Source: the human T2T-CHM13v2.0 reference genome, Homo sapiens. Taken from it: DNA of 64,000 nt. The stretch lies in NCBI RefSeq assembly GCF_009914755.1, contig NC_060927.1, one strand, 5' to 3'. A model generated the notes under the pieces. The model saw only the letters and a list, made by a program, of their open reading frames with translations, was not told the origin of the DNA and did no database searches. This document shows, piece by piece, positions 51,974 through 64,000 of this stretch (position 1 is its first letter; each line of letters starts with the position of its first letter). A program made the position numbers and the translations under genes.

Positions 51974-53217
51974 ATGGGTAACCAATCATCTTCAGCCTAC
52001 ACTCCTCTAGAGTGTGTCCTGAATCACTGGGACTACCTTGACCCTCAGAATCTGGAGAAAAAGTGCCCCATATTCCTTTGCACAAAGGTGTACCCAAATC
52101 GTGTTTGCAGAGAGAAGAAGCTTGGTCTCAAAAAGGAAGCATTAATTTCAATACCATCCTGCAGCTGGACCGTTTCTGTAAACATGATGGGGCATGTTCC
52201 AAGGCCCCATGTGAAGACTTTCTTTGTCTTGCTGGGTAGTCCAGACCTTTGCTGACATTGTAGGATCAATTCAGCCTCCCTGGTGGTCTTCTCAGGAGAG
52301 GCTGCAAGTGGCAATCTCAGGGAGCTATGGAAGTGAACCCCAGAAGTACCTGCAGTGGGAGAATAAACTCCCTATTCTCCTCCCTATCCAGATTCTCTTT
52401 TAAGCTTGCCCCATCCTAGAAATCTTCATTTTAGGCATGTCCCAGTTTCATTCCTGTCCCTACAACAGATGCCTGGTGAATATGACCTCATTAAAGTCCA
52501 AGTCTCCTTTTCTCTACAGGACTTAAAGCAAATTAAGGGGGATCTTGGCAAGTTTTCAGATGACCCTGACAGGTATATAGTGACTTTTCAGAACTTAACC
52601 CAAGTGTTTGAACTCTCTTGGAAGAAAGTCATGTTCTTTTGAATCAAACCCTGACTACCACTGAAAAGGAAGCTGCTATACAAGTGGCAGATAATTTGGG
52701 GAATGAGCTTTGTATCACATATGGCATCAGGGAAGGGGATGAGACATATCCAATTTGAAGAATAGCAGTACCATTGGAGGACCCTAAATGAGACCCCAAT
52801 GTTGAAATAGAATGGAGGAGGAAATACTTTCAGGTTTGCCTACTGGAGGCTTTAGGAAGGACTAGGACTAAGCCTCTCAATTACCCCAAGCTATCCACGA
52901 TAAACCATGGATCAGATGAGAATCCTACTGCCTTCCTGGAAAGGATAAGGGGGAACTTGGAAAGATAATACAAGAAAAAGGCAGAGGCTATAATAGCCAC
53001 CTTTCAGGCTCACAAACCTCAGAGTCCCCAAGATGCACCTGCTAACTGCTACAAATGTGGCAAGACAGGGCACTTTAGAAAGGACTGTCCAGACAGCAGG
53101 AGGAAGCCACCTTAACCCTGTCCAATTTGCAGTGGGGACCACTGGAGGGCAGACTGTCCCCAGAGACACAGGTCATCAGGTCTACAGCTAGTCTCCCAAA
53201 TGGTCTAGCAGGACTGA
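51974..53217 (+). pseudogene. ERV gag remnant
   Basis: MGNQ..TPLEC.L.HWD start; CA motif FSLQDLKQIKGDLGKFSDDPDRYI; zinc knuckle CYKCGKTGHFRKDC (53047-53088) and a second CPICSGDHWRADC (53119-53157); ends CAG GAC TGA; multiple stops. Confidence 0.88.
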
Positions 53218-56200
53218 TTGGTCCCAGGGATCCTCTTCCCAGCTCTGGTGGTCCAGATCACCTTTACCATCTGGGAGTTCTGGGTGATTCTGGAAGTCAA
53301 AGGGAGGAAGGTGGACTTTCTCCTGAACACTGGAGTGAGCCTTTCAGCTATCCTCTCCAATCCAGGCCCCCTTTCCTCTCTTAGCATGGCTGTGAGAGGT
53401 GTTTCAGGAAAACTTTAAACCCAACATTTTCCCCAAACTCTTAATTATAGTTGGGAAGACCTCTTGTTAACTCATGCCTTTTTAATTATGCCTGAAAGCC
53501 CAACTCCTCTGCTAAGCAGGAATATTTTGGCTCATATGGGAACCATCATCTTGATGGCTCCTGGGCAGACACTTTGTCTTCCCCTAGTGGAGGTCGATGT
53601 TAACCCAGAAGTTAGGGCAGCTCAAGGGAAAATTGGCCTAGGCACAAAAGTCACACTGGTCTGGATCCATCTTAAGCATCCTAATTTCTTTCCTAACCAG
53701 ATACGATATTCCCTAAAACCAGAAGTCAGGAAAAGATTAGAAGTCATCAATGCTAACTTAAGGATGCAGGGCCTCCTCAAACCCTATAATAGCCCTTGTA
53801 ATACCCCAATATTGTCCAGAACTTCTGCCTCATTAGGGAGGCTATGGTTTCAATTCATCCAGTGGTTCCCAATGCTTATAACCTGCTAATTCAAATACCT
53901 GAGGGAATTAAAAGTTTCAAAGTCCAGGACCTAAAGGATGCCTTTTTCTGCATATCATTACATCCCAACTCCCAGTATTTGTTTGCATTCAAGAATCCCT
54001 CCAATAAGCCACCCAGTTAACCTGGACAGTGTTAACTCAGGGATTCTGAGACAGCCCCCACTTGTTTGGACAAGCATTGTCAAAAGATCTCAGTTTCTTT
54101 TTCCTCAGGTTAAAGTTTTACAATATGTAGATGATATTCTCCTTTGTGCCTCAAATGAGGAAATTTCTCTGGAGGGCAATAAGGCCCTTCTTAATTTTCT
54201 GGCTAACAGAGTATATAAGGTCTCAAAATCTAAGCCTCATCTCTGTCAGACTTCAGTGAAGTACTTAGGTCTAGTCTTATCAGAGGGGAAGTAACTAGGT
54301 CTAGTTTCGTGAAGGCACTAAGCAAAGAAAGGATCAAGCCCATCTCCTTCGTTCCCCTCCCTAAAACTCTCAAGCAACTGAGGGGATTCTTAGGCATTAC
54401 AAAATTCTATAGGTTATGAATACCTGGTGATATGGTTTGGCTGTGTTTCCATCCAAATCTCATCTTGAATTCCCACATGTGAGAGGGACCAGGTGGGAGG
54501 TAATTGAATCACTGGGATGGGACAGGTCTTTCCTGTGCTGTTCTCATGATAGTGAGTAGTCTTATGATATCTGATGGTTATTATAAGGGGGAGTTTTCCT
54601 GCACAAGCTATTTTCTCTTGTCTGCTGCCATGTGAGTTTTGCCTTTCACCTTCCACCATGATTGTGAGACCTCCCCAGCCATGGGGAACTGTAAGTCCAA
54701 TAAACCTATTTTTTTCACAGATTGCCCAGTCTCAGGTTTGACTTTATCAGTATCATGAAAATGAACTAATACAGTAAATTGATTCCAGTAGAGTGGGGTG
54801 CTGCTAAACAGATACCTGAAAATGTGGAAGGAACTTTGGAACTGGGTAACAGGCAGAGGTTGGAACAATTTGGAGTGCTCGGAAGACAGGAAAATGTGGA
54901 AAGTTTGGAACTTCCTAGAGACTTGTTGAATGGCTTTGACCAAAAGCCTGATAGCAATATGGACAATAAGGTCCATGCTGAGGTGATCTCAGATGGAGAT
55001 TATGAATTCGTTGGGAACTGGAACGATGATGGCTCTTGTTATGTTTTAGCAAAGAGACTGTCAGCATTTTGCCCCTGCTCCAGAGATTTGTGGAACATTA
55101 AACTTTGTAGAGAAGTGATTTAGAATATCTGGCTGAAGAAACGTCTAAGCAGCAAAGCATTCAATAGGTGACTTGGATGCTGTTAAAGGCATTCAGTTTT
55201 ATGCAGGAAGCAGAGCATAGAAGTTTTTAAAAATTGCAGTGTGATAATGTGATATAAAAGAAAAACCCATTTTCTGAGGAGAAATTCAAGCTGGTTGCAG
55301 AAATGTGGATAAGTGACAAGGGGCTGAATGTTAATTATTAAGACAATGGAGAAAATGTCTCCAGAGCATGTCAGAGGTTTTCACAGCAGCCCATCCCATT
55401 ACAGGTTTGGAGGCGTAGGAGAAAATGATTTTGTGGGCTGGGCCCAAGGTCCTTGTGCTGTGTGCAGTCTATGGACTTGGTGTCCTGCATCCCAGCCACT
55501 CAAGACATGACTAAAAGGGGCCAAGGTACAGCTCAGGTTGTTGCTTCAGAGGTGGAAGCCCCAAGCCTTGGCAGCTTCCACATAGTGTTGAGCCTGCAGG
55601 TGCACAGAAGTCAACAATTGAGGTTTGGGAACCTCTGCCTAGATTTCAGAAGATGTATGGAAATGCTTGGATGGCCAGAAGAAACTTTGCTGCAGAGGTG
55701 GGGCCCTCATGGAGAACCTCTTCTAGGGCAGTACATAAGGGAAATGTGGAGTCAGAGCCCCCACACAGAGTCCCTACTGGGGCACCACCTAGTGGAGCTG
55801 TGAGAAGAGGGCCACCGTCCTCCAGCCCCCAGAATGTTAGATCCACTGACAGCTTGCACTGTGCTGCTGGAAAAGCCACAGACACTCAATGCCAGCTAGT
55901 GAAAGCAGCCAGGAGGGGGGCTATATCCTGCAAAGCCATAGGCAGAGCTGTCCAAGACCATGACAACCCACCTCTTGCATCAGCATGACCTGGATGTGGG
56001 ACATTGAGTCAAAGGAAATCACTTTGGAGCTTAAATATTTGGCTGCCCCACTGGATTTTGGACTTGCATGTGGCCTGCAGCCCCTTCATTTTGGCCAATG
56101 TCTTCCATTTGGAACGGCTGTATTTACCTAATGCCTGTACCCCCATTGTATCTAGGAAGCAACTAACTTGCTTTTGATTTTACAACCCCAAAGGTGGAAG

Positions 56201-58930
56201 GTACTTGCTTTGTCTGATAAGACTTCAGACTATGGACTTTTGAATTAATGGTGAAATGAGTTAAGATTTTGGGGGACTGTTTGAAAGGCATGATTGGTTT
56301 TGAACGTGAGGACATGAGATTTGAGAGGGGCTGGTGGTGGAATGATATTGTTTGGCTGTGTCCCCACCCAAATCTCATCTTGACTTCCCACATGTTGTGG
56401 GAGGGGCCAGGTGAGAGGTAAGTCAATCATGGGGGCAGGTCTTTCCTGTGCTGTTCTCATGATAGTAAGTCTCAAGAGATCTGATGGTTATTATAAGGGG
56501 GAATTTCCCCGCACAATCTCTTTTCTCTTGTCTGCCACCATGTGAGATATGTCTTTCACCTTCTGCCATAATTGTGAGGCCACTGCAGACACATGGAACT
56601 GTAAGTCCAATAAACCTCTTTCTTTTTTAAATTGCCCAGTCTCAGGTATGTCTTTATCAGCAGCGTGAAAATGGACTAATACAGTTGAGTATGGTGAAAT
56701 AGCTCATCCCTTGTATCACCTAATAATGGAGACTCAGACAGCTAAGACCCACTCTGTAACTTGGGAACCAGAGGCTAAAAGGGCCTTTTACCCTTTAAAA
56801 CAAGCCTTGCTTGTGGCACCTGCTCTTAGTCTTTTCACTGGGGATATGTTCAATCTTTATGTTTCAAAAAGGGGAATGGCCCTGGGAGTTCTAACGCAGG
56901 CCTGAGGTCCAGCCCAGCATCCTGTGGCTACCTAAGCAAGGAGCTTTATTTAGTAGATAAAGAATGGCTACGTGCCTCTGGGCAGTTTCATGGGTACCTT
57001 TGCTGGTACCAGAGGCTACTGAGTTAACCATGGGGAATAACCTAACCATTTATACCCCACATAATGTAGCAGGTCTTCTGTCTTCTAAGGGGTCTCTGGG
57101 TAACAGGCAACCACCTCCTTAAATATCAAGCTCTGGCATTAGAGGTATCTGCATTCCAGTTAAGAACCTGTCACTCCCTAAACCCAGCCACCTTCCTTCC
57201 AGAGGAAGCTGGGGAGCTTGAAAATGACTGCAAACAGATAGTAGTGCAAACCTATGCAACCAGAGAGGACCTCATAGAAACCCCCTTAGAGAACCCAGAC
57301 TGGATTATCTTTATGGACTGAAGTTCCTTTGTAGAGCAAGAGATCCATGAGGCAGGCTATGCAAGAGTCACCCTGAATGATGTTGAGAGCGTGCATCTCT
57401 CCTCAGATACAAGTGCTCAACTAGCAAAGCTGCACTTAAGCAATGGGAAAACAGTTCACATTTGCACTGATTCTAAGTATGCTTTCCTAGCTCTCCATGC
57501 CCATGCCACTATTGGGAAAGAGAGGATCTCCTCGCAGACAGTGGGTCTCCCATTAAATACCATCAGGAAATCAACAGACTATAATCCTCAGTCTTCCTTC
57601 CATGGAAAGTGGCAGTAATACATTGTAAAGGCCACCAAAAGGGGACAGATAAAATAGCTGAGGGAAATAAATTGGTAGGCCAGCAGCTAAGTCAGCAGCA
57701 AGAGGGCCAAGATTTTTGATCCACTTGAGGCCTCTCTGATCTGAGAAGGCTCCATAAAAGAAATAAAACCTCAGCGTTCCTCTGTAGAGATAGAATGGGG
57801 TACCTCTCAGGCATACACCTTTCAGTCCTTAGTTTGGCTGCAATCAGAGGATGGTAAGCCTCATCTACCAGCTTCTAGCCAATGGAAAGTTTTAAAAATC
57901 CACCACCTGGACTTCACCTAGGTAAGGATAAAACTTATCAAGTGGCCCAAAGGTTATTCTCAGGTAAAAATTTGCTAAAAATTGTCAAACAGGTCATTAA
58001 TGCTTGTGAGACTTGCCTTAAAAATAATTCCCTCAACTGGCAGCTTCTCCCCTCTGGGAACCCAAAGAATAGGAGACTGCCAGGGGAAGACTGGCAGATG
58101 AATTTTACTCATACACCAAAGACAAGGGGCATCCAGTACCTCATACTACGGGTAGATACCTTCACTAACTTGATAGAAGCATTTCTCTGTCGAACAGAGA
58201 AAGCTTCTGAGGTGATAAAAGTACTAATTAATGAAATAATTCCTCCCTTTGAACTTCCTAAGTACCTCCGGAGTGATAATGGCCTCCTGTACCTTTGAGA
58301 CATCCCTCACTCAGGGTGTCTCAAAGCACTAGGCATACAATACCATCTTTATTGTGCCTGGTGACCACAATCTTTGGGGAAGGTAGAAAAGACAAATTAT
58401 ATTATCAAAAGGGACTCCAGAAAACTGGCTCAAGAGACTCATCTCTCCTGGATTACTCTTCTCCTCTTAGCCCTACTATGGGTTAGAAACACCCCTTTGA
58501 AGCTGGGTTTAAGTCCCTCTGAAATGATGTATGGACTGCATTTTCTTACTAATAATTTCCTACTAGACCGAGAAAACTCTGATTTAATTAAACAACCTTT
58601 TGGCCTGTTTCCAACATGAACTGAAAGAACTACCAGAGGCCCAATCCCATGAACTGGGGCCATCTCTATTCAACCCAGGGGACTCAGTACTGGTAAAGCC
58701 TCTTCCAATCCCTTTCTCCCTCTCTAGGCCTGCAATGGGAGGGATCTTACACTGTACTTCTTTCTACTCCTATGGCAATAAATATCACTGGAATAGATTC
58801 TTGGATTTATTATACTTAAGTTAAGGCCTGGGAAACTGATGAATTTGGCTCTGATGACCCAGGAGAGCACCTGAAGTAGCAGAGTAAAGAAATCAGGAAC
58901 CTCACAATAAAAATCACGGAAGATAAGTGC
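53218..58930 (+). pseudogene. ERV pro-pol remnant (protease, RT, RNase H, integrase), split by THE1
   Basis: Protease VDFLLNTG (DTG changed to NTG); RT NSPCNTPIL and YVDD (54124-54135); RNase H TDSKYAF; integrase PGEDWQMNFTH...SDNG; frameshifted. Confidence 0.88.
54428..56683 (+). mobile_element. Complete THE1 (MaLR): LTR 54428-54773, internal 54774-56342, LTR 56343-56683
   Basis: Both LTRs run TGATAT(g/t)GTTTGGCTGTGT...ACTAATACA. Internal MaLR ORF fragments (IPENVEGTLELGNRQRLE...). The host pol text atacctgg | gtatggtgaaatagc resumes after it. Confidence 0.95.
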
Positions 58931-60667
58931 TAATAATTAACCCTCCCAGAATATTCTATACTTACTATGCTCACTTTTGTTCTGTTCCTCACCATAAGGG
59001 GGTCAGGGACCCCTTCCCAAGGGATTATTCACTCCCCTAAACAGTTATTTCTCTTTTAAAGTTTAACTGCCCCCATACAAGATTAAATATTTTCCACTAG
59101 GAGGAAATAGCTCTAGCCAATCACATAGTAAACCTCCTTGTAAAATTTGTTTCTTCTTGCTTAGAAGCCATCAAACTTATGCAACTGGAGCCTTGGAATA
59201 TTGGCTCTCTTTTTACCAGGGACCCTTAGATAGGCCCTTAGATCTGACTACCATTTCCCCCAAAACAATGCCCCCTGTCAGCATGAAGCAGTTAAGAGCA
59301 GTTGTCATCCCTATCGTAATGGCAGTTAGATGTACCTCTTCAGAGGGAGGGTTTGATGGCAGTGGCTGCTCCAGATAGTCTGCCACTGCCATGATGTCAG
59401 CTGCAGAAGGGAGGCACGACCAGGCCTCCTGCTTCCTGGAGTAGGCAGGAGCCCCACCTACTGGGTGGGGCTGCAGACGCCAAAGTTGTGGCTGCAGATC
59501 CAAGCGTCCCTGTGCTCTTGGTGGGCTGGAAGCAGGCAGGAACCCTGCTCCCCCGGGCGCAGCTGCCACTGCCCAAACCATGGCTGCAGACCTAGGCCTC
59601 CTGCTCCACAGAGCAGGCAAGAGCACGGCCACTCCCTGGGCACAGCTGCAGCCACCCAAACCATGGCTTTCCTTCTGCCCTTGTAGGCTTGAAAGTGCTT
59701 GCTCCCACTGCCTAGTTTTTCTCTGCTGTTGGCACCTGCTCCAGTCTTGGAGCAAAGTCACGGCTGAGCCCAGGCACCATGGGGAGGCAGTCCAATTCCT
59801 GAGAGGAAGTGGGCAGGTCCCCAGTGAGGTTCCACCTTCAGGCCATGGAGGGCCTGAAGGCTGGGGGCTGGGTGGCCAGTCCTATAGAGTGGAGTGGGAA
59901 CTTGCGGTGTCTTTTCTGGGCTTCCCCATGGCCACTCGTTGAACAATAGGTGCACACTTCCTCCCCTCCAAGGCCCATAAAAGTCCCAGACTCAGCCAGA
60001 GCTGATCAGACAATGGGAAGACCAACTGCAGAGAGAAGCTACCCTCTCCGCTGAGACCTTCAGAGACCTGCAGACACATCGGGACTACCAGCTGCAGAAA
60101 GGAGCAACCCACTCCAGGGCCTCATCTCTGCTGAAAGCTGAGCATTCAATGGGACAACCTGCCTACAGGGAAGAGCTATCCACTGCGGGTCTCCTCTGAG
60201 TTGTTCTGACACTCAGTAAAGCTCCTCTTCATCTTGCTCACCCTCCACTTGTCTGTGTATTTCATTCTTTCTGGACGCAAGACAAGAACTCAGGCAAAAA
60301 TGCCACTGGCCACAGAGGTTTCTGGCCAGAAAATTGACACCTTAAAGATTCTCCTTCCTCAGACCTGAACTTCAAAGGGAGACATTTCAGTTTTCTTTCT
60401 TTCCCCAAATATTTGTCACCAGTGAACATTAGGCCCACCCTGGATGATTACTAGCTACTGGCAACCATTCTTACGGTTAAACACTAAGGCTCATTCCTAG
60501 TCTAACCACCACAGTTAGTGTACTCAGGAAACCAATAGGAAATATAAAGATCAGGACTCAGCATACTGTCTAGAGTCAGAAGCAACAGTCATTGACACTC
60601 TCATTCTAACAGTGCACCCAATTTACATAGTTGGTTTCTTAATTGTAATATGGAAATCCTTGTAGTC

Positions 60668-61030
60668 TATCTTAGTTTGAGATGCTATAACAAAATATCA
60701 TAGAGTGGGTGGCTTATAGGCAACATAAATTTATTTCTTACAGTTCTGAAGGCTGGAAGTGTGAAATAAGGGTGCCAGAATGGTTGAGTTCTGGCCAGGG
60801 CTCTGTTCTGGGATGCAGATAGCTGACTTCTTTTTGTATCATCACATGGAGGAAAGAGTGTAAGAAAACTCTCTGAGGTCTTTTATATTGAACCCTAATC
60901 CCATTCATTAGGCCTCCACTCTCGTGACCTAATTATTTCCTAGAGATTCCACATTCCAAACCATGACATTGTGGGTTAGGATTTCAACCTATACATTTCA
61001 GGAAACAGGTGCAAAGATTTGGTCCAAGTA
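60668..61030 (-). mobile_element. MLT1A/MSTD-like MaLR solo LTR
   Basis: tgctataacaaaatatcatagagtgggtggctta...tttatttcttacagttctgaaggctggaagt...gggttaggatttcaac. Confidence 0.8.
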
Positions 61031-61353
61031 AGAAATTAAAATAATGTAGAGATGCAGATGATTCTAATAGAGCCTAAGATTTTAATTGTAAGACTGAATG
61101 TGGTAGGCATATAGTTATCTCTCTCTTTATGAAGTAGTTTAGGAATATGTGTCAGAGGAATCTGAGAGGCTAGAGCAAGTCATAGTTCTTCCCCAAATAT
61201 CTCCATATTTTTGGTGAGTAGGTTTAGGAGCTAGAACAAAAACCTGTTAATAAAATAAATACAATTGGAAACAAAAAACAATATGAAAGTTACAAAGAAC
61301 ACAAAGGAAACACCTATTCAAACATCTATGATTCAATTAAATTGGTTACTTTG

Positions 61354-61714
61354 TGCTATGGTCTGAATCTATGTGTTACCCAAAAGATCATATGTTGAAC
61401 CCTAATTGCAAATGTGGTAATATTAAGAGGTAGAGCCTTTGGGAGGTTATAATGGGATTAGTGAATTTATAAATAGAGACCTGAGAGAGCTTGCCTCTTT
61501 CATAAAGGCACAAATTTGATGATAACCTCCCAAATGTGAGGATGCAGTGAGAAGGCACCGCCTATGAAAGAGGTGAACAAGCCCTTATCAGACAAAAATT
61601 CTGCTGAAGTCTTGGAATTCTCAGCATTTAGAATGGTAAAAAATAAACTTCCTTTGTCCATAAGCCACCCTGTTTATGATATTTTTGAGATAGCAGCCTG
61701 AATGGACTAAAATG
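61354..61714 (+). mobile_element. MLT1A/MSTD-like MaLR solo LTR
   Basis: tgctatggtctgaat...atatgttgaaccctaa...aataaact...ataagccacc...tagcagcctgaatggactaa. Confidence 0.8.
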
Positions 61715-62714
61715 TTTTGTTCTTGTTAATGTTATCTGACAGTCGCCATAAAAGAAATTCAATAAGAATGATGAAAACCAACACCCTTAATGGAGTAGGT
61801 ACCATGTTGAATAAGATCTTTGGCACTGTTACATGCATTATTTTATTCAGTTATGAAAATAGTTACAATAAGTGAATGGGGTTTTTTTGCCTTAGAAAGT
61901 TAAGCCATACCTGTAGTTCATTTAATGGACTCTATCAGAAACATTAACTAAATTTGTTGGTCTTCTTGATTGTCTTTGATTTCTAAACCCATTTTAAAGA
62001 TATATTCACGTTGTGTAATACAAACTTCCCAAAGCCATACTATTTTTGCTATAGTCTTTAATGCATATGAAGACATTACAAGTTTATATTACTGTCATTT
62101 ATATGCATATATAGATACCCATACATATAGAGGTAATGTTGGGACATCACAGATCATGGTTCTCTTTCATTGTCTACATAAAAATGCCTTCAGTTACCTT
62201 TAGCAGCTTTTATACATCTATTTTCATTTTGAAGCATTTAGGCTCAAAAATCCCTTTTAGTTTATTTGTAATTTTTCTTTATTTGGGGTTGGTTTTTAGT
62301 TAATATAACATTGCTAAAATGTTGGTTATTTATAAGTGTTTTTTAAAATGTTTTCCATGAGGAAAGAGTTGTCTGCTTATTAATAAATCTAGAAAACCTT
62401 TTCATGTATTTTATATGTTTTATTTTGAAGCTCAATATTTTAAGTTCAGAATACTTACTGCATATATAAGTGCCTAAATAAGTTGTTTTCAAAAATTACT
62501 TCTAAAATTGTTTGTTTTGCCAACCAAGATATTGCACAGAATATTAAATAAAACAAGCTGTTTTAGCTTTTTTGTTCAGCACTTTTCTTAAGTTAAACAT
62601 ATTACATATAGTTGCCCAAGAAAATTACTAACTTTGATTCTTTGGGATTAATTATTTATTCTAGAATGGATTTTTCAGTTGACCTGTATATAGCAAGGTC
62701 ATTAAAGAAAAATA

Positions 62715-63300
62715 AGGATGGACACAACATTTTCCTTTCTCCAGTCCTCAGAGAATCCTTGTCCTGCATGATTTCCTTAAGATAATGGCAAATGGTTCAT
62801 CAATGACATCTGACATTTTCTTAATTACCCTCAGGGCACATGACATGAGAATGTTCTGATTTGAATTTCTCCAATTTTTCCATGAAATATGTTCTCATTT
62901 CAGCCTCATTCTCATTCCATGCTCCAGGTAACAGGTTTCTTCCAACACTGAAAGTTTTATTGCTGGCTATTATTAGTGTGTCTCCTTACCTGTCAATGTA
63001 AGGAAATTTTATCTAATTCTCCTTTTTTGTTGCCTAATATATTTACATAGTTTTTGTAAAGGGAAGTAATTTTTATGGACTATGTTAGGGACATCTTCTA
63101 TCATCTATTTCTGGCCTTCCCATACCTAGCTCTACATAAATGGAAGTTTTATTAGACTTTTCAGCTTTTTTACCCGACCTTGCATTCTCTGTGTTTTATA
63201 CTTAGTTTTCTTAGTCAATGATTAACTATTGAGTTTTAAGGCGTATATTCACATTTAATTTAGGATATGATGGCATTTATCATCAGAATAAATTTTCAGT
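62715..63300 (-). mobile_element. Ancient CR1/L3 LINE ORF2 fragment
   Basis: Manual minus-strand translation of ~62840-62720 gives RVIKKMSDVIDEPFAIILRKS then, after a frameshift, EDWRKENVVSI. This matches the CR1 pre-RT motif PRVLKELADVIAEPLSIIFEKS...EDWK.ANV.PI. The extent beyond 62850 is uncertain. Confidence 0.7.
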
Positions 63301-63399
63301 AAATTGAATTCTAAAATACTTTTTACTATACTCAGGCTATAATTTTGCCTGGACAAAGGTTGATGTCAGAGTTTCGTCAGAAATTTTCCCTTCATGGGA

Positions 63400-63590
63400 A
63401 TGAAAGTACTGCATTTGGAAACCAAAAGATATGGGTTTAATTATGTCTCTTTGTAATATTGGAACAAATTTAATCATCCACTTATTTTGTTGCAATATGT
63501 ACGAAACACAACTAAGAATCCCTGCCCTACCTACCTCACAAAGGAAAGTGTATATGAAAGCACTTTGTAGACCTCAAAGCTAAGGACAAG
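63400..63590 (+). mobile_element. MIR fragment
   Basis: ggaatgaaagtactgcatttggaaaccaaaagatatgggttt...ccctacctacctcaca...tatatgaaagcactttgta. Confidence 0.6.
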
Positions 63591-64000
63591 TGCAGTATAT
63601 TCTTTTTAAAACTACATTCTGTAAAGTACAAATAAGAAGATGATACTTTCTGAGAAACTGAAATAAAACTATTGAGGTCATGTCTTCCAAATTTAAGAGT
63701 TTCTGTGGCATTTACAGTTATCCTCTGGAAACTCTGTTGTGTACTTTATTTAGTCAGATGTTACGGGGTATAGGAAAGATCCTGCTTTTGTAGCTTGATA
63801 CTATAAAAATGGATAATCCCTATGTCATTCCCTAAGGGAGTAGGAAGCTATCAAAAGCTCTTCCCACACAACTCTCTCCCGCTGAGTTGATACACATACC
63901 TTTTCAGTTCAATGTCAAGCTCCCATTGTACTCTGTGTCAGTGGAACAGCTCCTCAAATTTCCTCATAACTTTCATTGCTAGTTTGCTTGCTGGTGCTAC

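Larger units (their letters stand above)
49347..60350 (+). mobile_element. Decayed ERV1 provirus with MER52-type LTRs (MER52-int/HUERS-P3-related), env deleted
   Basis: Two homologous ~1 kb LTRs (49347-50316 TGATGGCAG...CAACA; 59354-~60350), PBS, PPT agagggaggg (59342-59351), and gag-pro-pol remnants in the correct order. Confidence 0.9.

Noticed and set aside
54670-54682. PRDM9 hotspot motif in the THE1 LTR
   Set aside because: The sequence is CCTCCCCAGCCAT, not the hot CCTCCCTAGCCAC / CCNCCNTNNCCNC form.
57882-58298. Integrase ORF as a domesticated gene
   Set aside because: Only 138 aa; the first catalytic Asp reads N (WQMNFTH) and the frame breaks after SDNG.
59213-59761. 182-aa antisense ORF across the 3' LTR
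   Set aside because: GC-rich LTR sequence that is poor in stop codons; no recognisable domain, and the frame is not preserved at this length in the 5' LTR.

Overview
This 64 kb window is AT-rich, repeat-dense primate genomic DNA (human or great-ape-like: AluY/Sx/J, L1PA, THE1, MER11). It looks intergenic or deep intronic. I see no intact protein-coding gene, RNA gene, CRISPR array or prokaryotic system. Every ORF-track entry I can recognise is a decayed retroelement fragment (L1 ORF1/ORF2, MaLR ORF, ERV gag/pro/pol); the rest look like chance ORFs. The main structures are: a decayed, env-deleted MER52-LTR ERV1 provirus (49347-60350, tRNA-Pro PBS) with a complete THE1 nested in pol; a second, inverted THE1 (2833-5020); a near full-length L1MA1-3-like LINE (12623-19655) with a nested L1PA 3' end and a templated rearrangement; solo LTRs (MER4-like, MER57/93-like, MER11); two 5'-inverted L1s; and old L2, MIR, CR1, ERVL and DNA-transposon fossils. 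I found no convincing new biological system. The best leads are candidate minus-strand non-coding exons, intact DUX4 motifs in THE1 LTRs, a palindromic double-octamer site and several insertion or repair scars. Subfamily names come from recalled consensus sequences and need RepeatMasker/Dfam confirmation.
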